Below are positions 25,391 to 38,452 of a stretch of DNA of 64,000 nt, in pieces. How positions within the stretch are numbered: the first letter of the stretch is position 1; every line of letters starts with the position of its first letter. Source of the stretch: Eledone cirrhosa (Eukaryota); assembly GCA_964016885.1 (NCBI GenBank), contig OZ024747.1, positions 24,056,001-24,120,000 on the forward strand, given 5' to 3'. Under the pieces are notes generated by a model, which had not been told where the DNA came from, did no database searches, and saw nothing but the letters and a program-made list of their open reading frames with translations. The position numbers and the translations under genes were made by a program.

Positions 25391-28300
25391 TACAATAATT
25401 CTACATAAGTGTTTGAACTGTAAGTGTGTTGTAAAACACCTATTTATATGAACGATACATACATACAATGGCGACCGTTGTGGTCAGTGTCCGATAATTG
25501 GACGTGTGTAATTACGGCTTACATGAAGGCAACATACCATATATTGGAAAAAGTTGAGCTACATTACGCGGTAAGATTACATACAATAATTCTACATAAG
25601 TGTTTGAACTGTAAGTGTGTTGTAAAACACCTATTTATATGAACGATACATACACTTATGATATATGAACGATACATACACTTTAACATATAAATGCAAC
25701 GTTGTTATATTACATTTATAAAGAAATATAAAAGTAACGTTTTCGATTCAGAAACAAAAATATAAGTGTTTGAACTGTGAATGTTGTGAATATGTTGTAG
25801 AACACCTATTTATATGAATGATACATAAACTTTAACATATAAATACAGCATTGTTATATTATATTACATTCGTAAAGGAATATACTAAGTAACGGTTCTT
25901 TTTGTTCTCGATTCAAACGATTCAAGAACAACGTTTAAAACACAGTTGTAGAATTAAAAACTAACTGAAAAGAAATATTACCCAAGCTGTGAATAACTTT
26001 AAATTTGATTCTGACAGAACTTTGTCGTAACTTTTAAAGAAGATCATCGACTATTTAAAAAAAATAAATACAAAATATTAGTGAATAGACGAACTCATCA
26101 TGGCAAAAAGTACAAGTCTCCTTCGACCAAATCGCAATTACAACCGTTGTATACAGTGGAGCTACGAGCTTAACAAAGAATTATATGAAGCATACAAACA
26201 ATCTGAACCCCAAAAGTTCGGTTTTATGCAAAGGCTAAAAACTTTATGGAACTCCAAACACCCAGAATTAGACTTTTCTCCAAAGCATCTAAATGAACAG
26301 GCAAAACGTATCATTAGATGTAAATTGATACATCTAACGGAATCGAGTGATACTACAAATACAGCCCTTGTAGACAACCACCCCACCTCCACTGACAGAC
26401 AAAGAGAATGGCCGGCTAAATCTAACAGTGAACAGCTCACCAACAATTTTGCTGAAATCCATCCCACTTCCACTGAAGAACAACGAGAAAGGTCAGCTGA
26501 CTCTAGTAGTAATTGTCACCACATCAACAACGAGGCTGCAATTCATGACTCTACTGAACAAACAGAGCACCAAAAACTTGTGGGCACCCTACAAGTGATA
26601 TGGAACGATATGTTTCAAGAGATACACAGCCTTAATGTGAGTGACAGACCATACAACACTAGAGTCAGTAAAGAACCCACTAAATTGGAATTGGAAGCGG
26701 TGAACGAAATAGCTGGCAATTATCTGAAGGCTATACGATCTAAAGGTGTAGAAACGACATTTGAAACGCTCAATGTTTTGTTATATGTTTCAGCTGTCAC
26801 ATTGCTATCATATAACACACATCTAAAACCACGCAATCAAGATACAAACAGAAAGCCTGAACCAGCGTGGATGCGAAATTTAAAAACCAAAATTTTGTCC
26901 CTGAGACGAAGTATCTCACACATCGCAGTCGTTATGAAATGCAACATAGAGAGAAACTTCACACGACACCAGGAAGACCTAAAGAAAAAGTTAGAGAGAC
27001 GATTTGGAGATACCAAATTTAAAACTTTGAACTCCAAATTACACCAGTTGAAACAACAACTCACAGCTACAACAGAAAGACTAAAATATAAGTCAACAGC
27101 CCATAAACGACAAGTGCTAAATAGATTGTTTGCCAGAGATCCTAAATCAGTTTATCGCAGCTTCGGTGGCAAAAGCTCAATCCCTGTAAACGACACCCCT
27201 TCAAAAGAACAGGTTGAGAACTACTGGAGATCTGTATGGGAAACGGATGACGGATTCAACAGACAAGCTAATTGGCTAAAACAACTGGAACAGGACTACT
27301 GCAAACATGTCCAGACAAAACAATATGACATAGATGGGTCAATACTGGAAACAGCTCTACAGAAAATGTCGAATAGGAAATCGCCAGGCCCAGACCTCAT
27401 TACAGGATACTGGTTGAAGAATTTCACTTTCTATCGGCAAGATCTCATACGGCTGTTTACAGAAACCATTAAGGGCACACAAGAACTGCCCAGATGGTTA
27501 TCAACTGCCACTACTCTCCTCATTCCCAAAAATAGCCAAACCACCCTTGCTAAAAATTACCGCCCAATTGCCTGCCAAAACATCATGTATAAATTATATA
27601 CTGGGTGCCTTAACCTGTTCTTACAGGATCACTGTGCTACCAACAACATCATAACACCTGAGCAAGCTGGTGGAAAGAGGGAGGTGTGGGGTTGCATAGA
27701 TCACCTACTAACTAACAAAATGATTCAGGAAAAAACAACAAAGAATCGCAGAAACATGACTGTCGTGTGGCTGGACTATCAAAAAGCATTTGATAGTGTA
27801 CCTCATGGGTGGATTATTAAGGCTTTACAGTTAGCTAAAGTCCCACAACCATTGGTAGCTGCTGTTGAACGCCTGACCAAGAACTGGTACACCAATTTGA
27901 TCCTTAGAGGTGAGAAGGAGCAGGTTAAGACTGATAGGATACATTACCAGAAGGGCATCTTTCAGGGTGATAGCTTGTCAGTACTACTCTTCGTTCTCTC
28001 ACTGAATCCACTATCTTACCTACTCAGGAAACAAGGTGGACAAAGAAGTGGGCCCAGAAGTATCTCCCATCTTTTCTTTGTTGATGACCTGAAGTTGTAT
28101 GGGCCAAATATCAATGACATCAAGAAACAATTGGACCTCATTACACAATTTTCAACCGACATCAAAATGAAATTTGGTGAGTCCAAGTGTGCATATTTGG
28201 CAGTAAAACGTGGAAGAGCTGTGCCCTCCTCTAGAAATCTAGATATGAACGGCCTGACAATACAACCTCTGCAGTCAGGTGACAACTACAGATATCTTGG

Positions 28301-29690
28301 ACAGGATGAGAATGTCAGATATGATGGACCCATAAATAAGGAGAGAACCAGAACTGAATACCTCAGAAGAGTAAAAAAAATATGGTCATCAGAACTGTCA
28401 GCATACAACAAATACATTGCCCACAATACCTATGCTGTGCCAATTATAACGCCAACATTTGGCCTACTGAACTGGTCATTGCAAGAACTAAGTGAGATGG
28501 ATGTTAGAACTCGTAAACTTCTCAGTGTTACTGGGAACTTTAACATCAATGGTGATGTGGATAGGCTATACTTCTCACGCAAGGAAGGTGGCCGGGGTCT
28601 AAAATCAATATTAACAACATATGAGACCCGGATAGTAACACTGAAGCAACACCTTCAACAGAGGAAAAAGGTTGGCGACCATCTTGCTCAGGTTTATGAG
28701 CATGAAAAAAGAAATATCATTAGAATAGCGACTGATCTGGAGGAGAGATATGGAATAAAGCCTGATATAAATCTCTCACCCAGAGAAATCGGAAGATCCT
28801 ATTCAATGTTCAAACAAGAAAAAAAAATTGACCAATTTACAGAGAAAGTTGTGCATGGATACTTGAGGCGTAAAACACAGACCATAGAGGGGATAAACCA
28901 CTCAAAAAGCCTGGCATGGAGTTCCGACAAGTTTATGACATCACACCTTGAGGGATATCTCTATGCAATACAGGAACAAGAACTCCCTACCAAATATCTG
29001 CTGCACAAAAGAGGAGGGCCAGCAGCTGACAATAAATGTAGGCTATGTAAAACAAAGATCGAGGATGTAAGCCACATTGTTGCCAGCTGCGAAAGAATGT
29101 CATCTCGCTACTACCTCCCCATGAGACACGATGGGATAGCTAGAACTATCTGGAACGCACTTCGGAAAACAAAATTAACAACAAACGAGGAAGAATATAT
29201 TGAGACAGATGGCACTAAGGAATACTGGTGGAACCTGAAAATAAAAACTGCCACCAAATTAAAGCACAACCGGCCTGATATTGTAGTTTGGGACCACACA
29301 TTGAAAACGTGTTCTGTTGTGGAGATCAGCTGCCCACTTGATGTAAACGTTGTCAGAAAAATACAGGAGAAGGAGGACATCTACGGACCATTGATGAGGA
29401 GCTTACAAATCCAGTATCCAAGATACACCTTTAGCTTCATACCCATCATTATTGGTGCTACGGGTTATATACCAACCCGCTTGGACCAAAGTATGACCGA
29501 ACTTGGATTTGCGGACAAAAAGCGCAGCTCCCTAATTCATAGTCTACAAATGGCTGCGATAGCTGGCACCTTCAAAATATGCAAAACATTCTTGCGATTC
29601 AAGGGATGACAATTTCTTTTCTTTTACAACCTTGCCACCAGGAAGGTGGCCGGTCAAAAAAATATACTCGAAATTAAGAGAAAGAGAAAA
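25391..29690 (+). mobile_element. Apparently full-length R4/Dong-like RLE non-LTR retrotransposon in (CATA)n
   Basis: ~0.7-kb 5' UTR with internal repeats, single intact ORF, ~80-bp 3' UTR ending AAGAGAAAA|CATACATA. Confidence 0.92.
26100..29609 (+). CDS. 1169-aa protein: reverse transcriptase, CCHC knuckle, restriction-like endonuclease
   Basis: KSPGPD, NYRPIAC, WLDYQKAFDSVPH, GIFQGDSLS, HLFFVDDLKLY, YRYLG; CRLCK..HIVASC; RHD; RPDIVVW..VEISCP; R4-like N-terminal W..E.N..L..AY motif. Confidence 0.95.
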   Translation: MAKSTSLLRPNRNYNRCIQWSYELNKELYEAYKQSEPQKFGFMQRLKTLWNSKHPELDFSPKHLNEQAKRIIRCKLIHLTESSDTTNTALVDNHPTSTDRQREWPAKSNSEQLTNNFAEIHPTSTEEQRERSADSSSNCHHINNEAAIHDSTEQTEHQKLVGTLQVIWNDMFQEIHSLNVSDRPYNTRVSKEPTKLELEAVNEIAGNYLKAIRSKGVETTFETLNVLLYVSAVTLLSYNTHLKPRNQDTNRKPEPAWMRNLKTKILSLRRSISHIAVVMKCNIERNFTRHQEDLKKKLERRFGDTKFKTLNSKLHQLKQQLTATTERLKYKSTAHKRQVLNRLFARDPKSVYRSFGGKSSIPVNDTPSKEQVENYWRSVWETDDGFNRQANWLKQLEQDYCKHVQTKQYDIDGSILETALQKMSNRKSPGPDLITGYWLKNFTFYRQDLIRLFTETIKGTQELPRWLSTATTLLIPKNSQTTLAKNYRPIACQNIMYKLYTGCLNLFLQDHCATNNIITPEQAGGKREVWGCIDHLLTNKMIQEKTTKNRRNMTVVWLDYQKAFDSVPHGWIIKALQLAKVPQPLVAAVERLTKNWYTNLILRGEKEQVKTDRIHYQKGIFQGDSLSVLLFVLSLNPLSYLLRKQGGQRSGPRSISHLFFVDDLKLYGPNINDIKKQLDLITQFSTDIKMKFGESKCAYLAVKRGRAVPSSRNLDMNGLTIQPLQSGDNYRYLGQDENVRYDGPINKERTRTEYLRRVKKIWSSELSAYNKYIAHNTYAVPIITPTFGLLNWSLQELSEMDVRTRKLLSVTGNFNINGDVDRLYFSRKEGGRGLKSILTTYETRIVTLKQHLQQRKKVGDHLAQVYEHEKRNIIRIATDLEERYGIKPDINLSPREIGRSYSMFKQEKKIDQFTEKVVHGYLRRKTQTIEGINHSKSLAWSSDKFMTSHLEGYLYAIQEQELPTKYLLHKRGGPAADNKCRLCKTKIEDVSHIVASCERMSSRYYLPMRHDGIARTIWNALRKTKLTTNEEEYIETDGTKEYWWNLKIKTATKLKHNRPDIVVWDHTLKTCSVVEISCPLDVNVVRKIQEKEDIYGPLMRSLQIQYPRYTFSFIPIIIGATGYIPTRLDQSMTELGFADKKRSSLIHSLQMAAIAGTFKICKTFLRFKG

Positions 29691-29788
29691 CATACATACA
29701 TACATACATTCATACATACATACATACAGACATACATACATACATACATTCATACATACATACATACATACATACATACATACATACA

Positions 29789-30016
29789 TCAGAAAAATAC
29801 AGGAGAAGGAGGACATCTACGGACCATTGATGAGGAGCTTACAAATCCAGTATCCAAGATACACCTTTAGCTTCATACCCATCATTATTGGTGCTACGGG
29901 TTATATACCAACCCGCTTGGACCAAAGTATGACCGAACTTGGATTTGCGGACAAAAAGCGCAGCTCCCTAATTCATAGTCTACAAATGGCTGCGATAGCT
30001 GGCACCTTCAAAATAT
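29789..30016 (+). mobile_element. Near-3' Dong fragment lacking the terminus, fused to the next copy
   Basis: Matches 29353-29580. Confidence 0.88.
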
Positions 30017-32784
30017 AGAGAGAAACATAGAGAGAAACATAGAGAGAAACTTCACACGACACCAGGAAGACCTAAAGAAAAAGTTAGAGAGACGATTTGG
30101 AGATACCAAATTTAAAACTTTGAACTCCAAATTACACCAGTTGAAACAACAACTCACAGCTACAACAGAAAGACTAAAATATAAGTCAACAGCCCATAAA
30201 CGACAAGTGCTAAATAGATTGTTTGCCAGAGATCCTAAATCAGTTTATCGCAGCTTCGGTGGCAAAAGCTCAATCCCTGTAAACGACACCCCTTCAAAAG
30301 AACAGGTTGAGAACTACTGGAGATCTGTATGGGAAACGGATGACGGATTCAACAGACAAGCTAATTGGCTAAAACAACTGGAACAGGACTACTGCCAACA
30401 TGTCCAGACAAAACAATATGACATAGATGGGTCAATACTGGAAACAGCTCTACAGAAAATGTCGAATAGGAAATCGCCAGGCCCAGACCTCATTACAGGA
30501 TACTGGTTGAAGAATTTCACTTTCTATCGGCAAGATCTCATACGGCTGTTTACAGAAACCATTAAGGGCACACAAGAACTGCCCAGATGGTTATCAACTG
30601 CCACTACTCTCCTCATTCCCAAAAATAGCCAAACCACCCTTGCTAAAAATTACCGCCCAATTGCCTGCCAAAACTTCATGTATAAATTATATACTGGGTG
30701 CCTTAACCTGTTCTTACAGGATCACTGTGCTACCAACAACATCATAACACCTGAGCAAGCTGGTGGAAAGAGGGAGGTGTGGGGTTGCATAGATCACCTA
30801 CTAACTAACAAAATGATTCAGGAAAAAACAACAAAGAATCGCAGAAACATGACTGTCGTGTGGCTGGACTATCAAAAAGCATTTGATAGTGTACCTCATG
30901 GGTGGATTATTAAGGCTTTACAGTTAGCTAAAGTCCCACAACCATTAGTAGCTGCTGTTGAACGCCTGACCAAGAACTGGTACACCAATTTGATCCTTAG
31001 AGGTGAGAAGGAGCAGGTTAAGACTGATAGGATACATTACCAGAAGGGCATCTTTCAGGGTGATAGCTTGTCAGTACTACTCTTCGTTCTCTCACTGAAT
31101 CCACTATCTTACCTACTCAGGAAACAAGGTGGACAAAGAAGTGGGCCCAGAAGTATCTCCCATCTTTTCTTTGTTGATGACCTGAAGTTGTATGGGCCAA
31201 ATATCAATGACATCAAGAAACAATTGGACCTCATTACACAATTTTCAACCGACATCAAAATGAAATTTGGTGAGTCCAAGTGTGCATATTTGGCAGTAAA
31301 ACGTGGAAGAGCTGTGCCCTCCTCTAGAAATCTAGATATGAACGGCCTGACAATACAACCTCTGCAGTCAGGTGACAACTACAGATATCTTGGACAGGAT
31401 GAGAATGTCAGATATGATGGACCCATAAATAAGGAGAGAACCAGAACTGAATACCTCAGAAGAGTAAAAAAAATATGGTCATCAGAACTGTCAGCATACA
31501 ACAAATACATTGCCCACAATACCTATGCTGTGCCAATTATAACGCCAACATTTGGCCTACTGAACTGGTCATTGCAAGAACTAAGTGAGATGGATGTTAG
31601 AACTCGTAAACTTCTCAGTGTTACTGGGAACTTTAACATCAATGGTGATGTGGATAGGCTATACTTCTCACGCAAGGAAGGTGGCCGGGGTCTAAAATCA
31701 ATATTAACAACATATGAGACCCGGATAGTAACACTGAAGCAACACCTTCAACAGAGGAAAAAGGTTGGCGACCATCTTGCTCAGGTTTATGAGCATGAAA
31801 AAAGAAATATCATTAGAATAGCGACTGATCTGGAGGAGAGATATGGAATAAAGCCTGATATAAATCTCTCACCCAGAGAAATCGGAAGATCCTATTCAAT
31901 GTTCAAACAAGAAAAAAAAAAATTGACCAATTTACAGAGAAAGTTGTGCATGGATACTTGAGGCGTAAAACACAGACCATAGAGGGGATAAACCACTCAA
32001 AAAGCCTGGCATGGAGTTCCGACAAGTTTATGACATCACACCTTGAGGGATATCTCTATGCAATACAGGAACAAGAACTCCCTACCAAATATCTGCTGCA
32101 CAAAAGAGGAGGGCCAGCAGCTGACAATAAATGTAGGCTATGTAAAACAAAGATCGAGGATGTAAGCCACATTGTTGCCAGCTGCGAAAGAATGTCATCT
32201 CGCTACTACCTCCCCATGAGACACGATGGGATAGCTAGAACTATCTGGAACGCACTTCGGAAAACAAAATTAACAACAAACGAGGAAGAATATATTGAGA
32301 CAGATGGCACTAAGGAATACTGGTGGAACCTGAAAATAAAAACTGCCACCAAATTAAAGCACAACCGGCCTGATATTGTAGTTTGGGACCACACATTGAA
32401 AACGTGTTCTGTTGTGGAGATCAGCTGCCCACTTGATGTAAACGTTGTCAGAAAAATACAGGAGAAGGAGGACATCTACGGACCATTGATGAGGAGCTTA
32501 CAAATCCAGTATCCAAGATACACCTTTAGCTTCATACCCATCATTATTGGTGCTACGGGTTATATACCAACCCGCTTGGACCAAAGTATGACCGAACTTG
32601 GATTTGCGGACAAAAAGCGCAGCTCCCTAATTCATAGTCTACAAATGGCTGCGATAGCTGGCACCTTCAAAATATGCAAAACATTCTTGCGATTCAAGGG
32701 ATGACAATTTCTTTTCTTTTACAACCTTGCCACCAGGAAGGTGGCCGGTCAAAAAAATATACTCGAAATTAAGAGAAAGAGAAA
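30017..32784 (+). pseudogene. 5'-truncated near-identical Dong copy with a +2 A frameshift
   Basis: Matches ~26946-29690; A9 becomes A11 at 31912-31922, splitting ORFs 30120..31961 and 31946..32704; about three substitutions seen. Confidence 0.92.
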
Positions 32785-33567
32785 ACATACATACATTCAT
32801 ACATACATACATACAGACATACATACATACATACATACATACATACATTCATACATACATACATACATACATTCATACATTCATACATACATACATACAT
32901 GCATACATACATACATACATACATACATACATACATACATACATTCATACATACATACATACATACATACATACATACATACATACATACATACATTCAT
33001 ACATACATACATACAGACAGACAGACATACATACATACATACATACATACATACATTCATACATACATACATACAGACATACATACATACATACATTCAT
33101 ACATACATACATACATACATACATACATACATACATACATACATACATTCATACATACATACATACAGACATACATACATACATACATACATACATACAT
33201 TCATACATACATACATACATACATTCATACATTCATACATACATACATACATGCATACATACATACATACATACATACATACATACATTCATACATACAT
33301 ACATACATACATACATACATACATACATACATACATACATACATACAGACAGACAGACATACATACATACATACATACATACATACATTCATACATACAT
33401 ACATACATACATACATACATTCATACATACATACATACACACACATACATACATACATACATACATACATACATTCATACATACATACATACATACATAC
33501 ATACATACATACATACATACATACATACATACACACACACATACATACATACATACATACACACACA
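32785..33567. repeat. (CATA)n array
   Basis: Direct reading. Confidence 0.93.
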
Positions 33568-33568
33568 C

Positions 33569-33888
33569 AGGAGGACATCTACGGACCATTGATGAGGAGC
33601 TTACAAATCCAGTATCCAAGATACACCTTTAGCTTCATACCCATCATTATTGGTGCTACGGGTTATATACCAACCCGCTTGGACCAAAGTATGACTGAAC
33701 TTGGATTTGCGGACAAAAAGCGCAGCTCCCTAATTCATAGTCTACAAATGGCTGCGATAGCTGGCACCTTCAAAATATGCAAAACATTCTTGCGATTCAA
33801 GGGATGACAATTTCTTTTCTTTTACAACCTTGCCACCAGGAAGGTGGCCGGTCAAAAAAATATACTCGAAATTAAAAGAAAGAGAAAA
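33569..33888 (+). mobile_element. 3' stub (~320 bp) of the Dong-like element
   Basis: Matches ~29371-29690. Confidence 0.9.
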
Positions 33889-34025
33889 CACACACAGGTG
33901 TCGGTACAAACGAAAAATAGAAGCAATCAACATATAATGTGGAAGTTAAGAGTATTTATATTAACAACTTGACTTATTTATACATTACCTGTGGTTTCTT
34001 ATACGGTTAACTCTTTCAGATGCCT

Positions 34026-34057
<32 letters not shown>

Positions 34058-34195
34058 CACGCTTGTGTGTGTGTGTGCGTTTATGTGTGTATGTGTGTGT
34101 GCCTCTGTGTGTGTGTGTGGGGGGGGGGGTGTAGGTGTGTGTGCGTGTGTGTGTGCTGCTGTGTGTGTATAGATTTATAATGTAATACCACCTAC

Positions 34196-34384
34196 CATCT
34201 CACTGTCCGTTAAAACACTCGTTAATCTGCTGGGGCAGTCATTTTCTTTAGATGTCACTGAAAACAGACTATCGTTCCGATTAGTTTTATTGTCTACCGC
34301 GTCAACATTCCCAACTTGCGCATGTTTTTTATGTCTAAATCGCCTCGCGACTTTTGTATGTCTTCCGGGCAAAACAGTAGTCAT
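34196..34384 (-). CDS. Candidate first coding exon of an unknown host gene
   Basis: Non-repetitive; AAAATG start, 63 open codons (MTTVLPGRH...TDSEM), then a GTAGGT donor in phase 0; no recognisable homology. Confidence 0.25.
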
Positions 34385-34574
34385 TTTATGTCGAAGGGCC
34401 ACTACTTCGAATAAGAAATGGGTTTGTTTTCTCAGCTGAATAACTCCTTACTTTGTATTTTCTCACTGATATGTTGCAATGCCCTGAGTAATGAACTCCG
34501 AAATTAACCTAGCTTGTCCTGATATAGAAAAGACTCCGTTAAAAAAGAAAAACGTACAGGAAAAAGTCAGGCTG

Positions 34575-35055
34575 GACAAGATGTTGGATGGTAGACAGGT
34601 TGTTCCGTGGTAGATAGCTGGTAGACAATATTGAAGTGGGGAAGACTGTCGGAAGAGAATTTGTAAGGTGGTAGACAACTATTGTGTGGTATACAATTGG
34701 TACACAAGTTGGTGTGTGGTATACGGTTGGTAGACAATTATTGCGTTGTATACAATTGGTATATATTGATATATATTGGTAGACAATTGGTAGACAAGTT
34801 GTTGCGTGGTATACAGTTAGTAGACAGTTATTGTGTGGTATACTGTTGGTAAATTAGTTGTTGTGTGGTAAGCAGTTTGTAGACAATTAGTAGACAGGTT
34901 TATGATTGCTGTGCAGCTGGTATTCAGTTAGTAGACTAGTTTGTATAAATTTGCTACACAGTTGGTAGATAGCTGGTATACAGTTTGTATACAGTTGGTA
35001 AACACGTTGTTAAGTGGTAAACAGCTGATAAGCAGTTGGTTGACAGTTGGTGACT
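34575..35055. repeat. Degenerate short-period tandem repeat (TGGTAGACA/TGGTATACA motifs)
   Basis: Recurring ggtagacaa/ggtatacag motif. Confidence 0.65.
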
Positions 35056-35084
35056 TAGTCAGTGAAGGATAGAGAAGTTGTTAG

Positions 35085-35355
35085 GTGCTAGTGGTCAGGG
35101 TGTTCGGCTCCCGATTGAAATGTTGTCGGTTCGATTCCTGGGCAGCGCTTAGTGTTCTTGAATAAAGCACTTCACATATTCTCCAGGTTATTCAGCTGAA
35201 AATGAACGCCAGCCGTAGCTGGGAAGTTAATCTTGTGATGTACTGGTGTCCTATCCTGGGCAAAGTCTTACCCCTTCAATCACTGCACACCATGAAACCA
35301 GGATAAGCTCTAGCCTGATGAATTTCCGAGCTTGGAACAGACTTTAATCTTTAAC
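35085..35355 (+). mobile_element. Old tRNA-derived SINE (second family)
   Basis: Box A-like GCTAGTGG, box B GGTTCGATTCC; similar remnant at ~44940-45110. Confidence 0.55.
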
Positions 35356-35609
35356 TTAACAAGCTTGGTAGACAGCTTGTTGTGTGACACACAATCATAA
35401 AAGGAAATTCAGATAATAAAGCTGTTAACTGGTTGACACCCCAAAACAAAAGTCCTAAATCCCCATTGGACTTTCTTACAGACTGAATGACTGAAATGAA
35501 TGTTTACGACAATGTTTTAGAAATGACATCATCGTGTTTCTGTAGTTTATAAACATCCTGTTTCTCTCTCCTCTATCTCTTTCACCCCTTCTCTCTCACT
35601 TTGTGTGTG

Positions 35610-35680
<71 letters not shown>

Positions 35681-35824
35681 GTGTGCATGTATATGTATGT
35701 GTATGTATGTATGTAAGTATGTATGTATGTATGTATGTATGTATGTATGTATGTATGTATGTATGTATGTATGTATGTATGTATGTATGTATGTATGTGC
35801 AGGTGGGTGTGAGTATTTCTGTGC

Positions 35825-35880
<56 letters not shown>

Positions 35881-35965
35881 GTATGTAGTTGAGTATAATT
35901 GCTTGTTTAAGTGTTTATCGATATTTATCACTATACATTGTACATGTATGTATATATGTATGTAG

Positions 35966-36028
<63 letters not shown>

Positions 36029-36097
36029 CACACATACATACATACATACATACATACATACATACATACATACAGTTAGGCATGTACACGTGTTCAT

Positions 36098-36130
<33 letters not shown>

Positions 36131-36289
36131 GTCAGGTGGCATTAGGAATTCTCTGTGAACTGCTAGTTTCCAGGACGACACACACCGCAGAGGAAGAGAC
36201 GCCATACTTGAGGTGACACCTCGCAATCTATGTGGGGGGTAAGTAAACCTTACCAATAATCATGTGTCGTGATCAGCTCAGCAATATAC

Positions 36290-36529
<240 letters not shown>

Positions 36530-36615
36530 TTATTAAAATAACAGATTAAAGTTTAAGCAAAGAATATGTGTGTAAAAATATGTATATGTATATATACATA
36601 CATACACACACACAT

Positions 36616-36708
<93 letters not shown>

Positions 36709-36709
36709 C

Positions 36710-36778
<69 letters not shown>

Positions 36779-36927
36779 TAACAAAGGAATTGTGGTAAGG
36801 AACCAGATGGACCATAACGCACCAGAGTACTCAATACTTAGGGTAGTAGAGTGGGAATAGGAAAAAGTATGACCCCGACGGCAGAGCTCAAGCCGTTTCG
36901 ACGGCTATTTCTGGACTCTATTGAGTC

Positions 36928-36928
<1 letters not shown>
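36779..36928 (-). repeat. Family X copy in (TA)n
   Basis: Near-identical to 42615-42750; reverse complement of 42513-42606. Confidence 0.8.
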
Positions 36929-36983
<55 letters not shown>

Positions 36984-36986
36984 ACG

Positions 36987-37018
<32 letters not shown>

Positions 37019-37489
37019 CACCACTACAACCACCAATACCACCATCATCACCACAACCACCAACACCACCAAGAACAACACTACCACCAACACCATCATC
37101 ACCATTATCATCAACACTACTACCACCACCACCAACACCACTACAACCACCAATACCACCATCATCACCACAACCACCACCAAGAACAACACTACCACCA
37201 ACACCATCACCACCATTATCACCACAACCACCACCACCACCACTGCATCATATTAACGGAATGGAATGTACCTCCGTTAGTTTCGACGACGCGTGCTCCA
37301 GTTGTTCAAACAACAGAACAGCCTGCTCGTGAAAAATAGTTTTCCATAGATACGTGTGCCCTTAACATAAATCTCAGAGAGATTCAACGCGACGTAGTTT
37401 GTGACAAGGTAGGGCATTTGAATTACAGACACAGTTCATCCGACAGACTTCCGTACAGTTTCTGTCTACCCAAATTCAATATGGTAAAT

Positions 37490-37705
37490 AATTGTTTCTA
37501 CTTTAAGCACAAGGCCAGCAATTTGAAGGAGGAGGGGGAAAGTCGATTAAATCGACCCCAGTGCGTTACTGGTGCTATTTTATCGACCTCGTAAGGATGA
37601 AAGGCAAAGCTAACCTCGGTGGGATTTGAACTCAGACCGTAAAGGGCCGTAACTCTATGCTTCAAAGGATGGTGTCTGACGCTCTACTGATACTGCCAAT
37701 CCACT
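37490..37705 (-). mobile_element. tRNA-derived SINE
   Basis: Same family as 20290. Confidence 0.82.
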
Positions 37706-38452
37706 AATAATATTTGCCCAAGATATGATCAATTAAATCCCATAAAAGCGGTGCCCCAGTATGCCTGCAGTCTAATGTAAAATAATTAATAAATAAAAAC
37801 TAATCGTGTCGTGATCAGCTCAGATCTACACAACCACCACCACCATATCACCATCACCACCATTATCACTCTGACACTACCACCACAACACATCATCATA
37901 CTACCACTACCAATGCACAGACACAGCCATCAACACACAGATTCAACCACCACACCAGCACCACCATTATCACACTACGATTATTACCACATACACAACC
38001 ATATAATATCATCATCACCACTACCACTGCCACCACTACTACTACTACTAAAACCACCACCACAGCAACCATCACCTATACAGTTGTTCAAGACAGAGAG
38101 TCTATTATAACAACACTTAAAAACTCGTTTAATGTTTGTCTTTGTTTTTATTGCTTCCTACAATATTAACAAACATTTATTGGCACAGATTTATTGTTCA
38201 AATTGGCCGAGTATTTAGGGCGTTGGATTAAGTGTATTTAACTAGCATTTGTTCCGGTTAACGCCTTCCCACCACCCGCCATATCAAATCTCACCAGGGT
38301 TAATTTTGTTTTTTTATCATGTATAAAACTGATTATTTAAAAACCCTTTTGATACCAAACTCTTTTTTAAAATGTTTATCTAAAAACTTTCCAGAATGAT
38401 TTTACGTAAGAACCTTTGTTAAGTTATATTACAAACACCAGTTTAAAAATAA

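Noticed and set aside
25467-25560. HDV-like ribozyme at the Dong 5' end
   Set aside because: Could not fit the nested double-pseudoknot topology by eye
31912-31922. Programmed frameshift at the A-run
   Set aside because: The intact copy has A9 in frame; slippage or homopolymer sequencing error is more likely
36851-37339. His-rich or Thr/Asn-rich ORFs
   Set aside because: Trinucleotide CAC/CAA low-complexity tract
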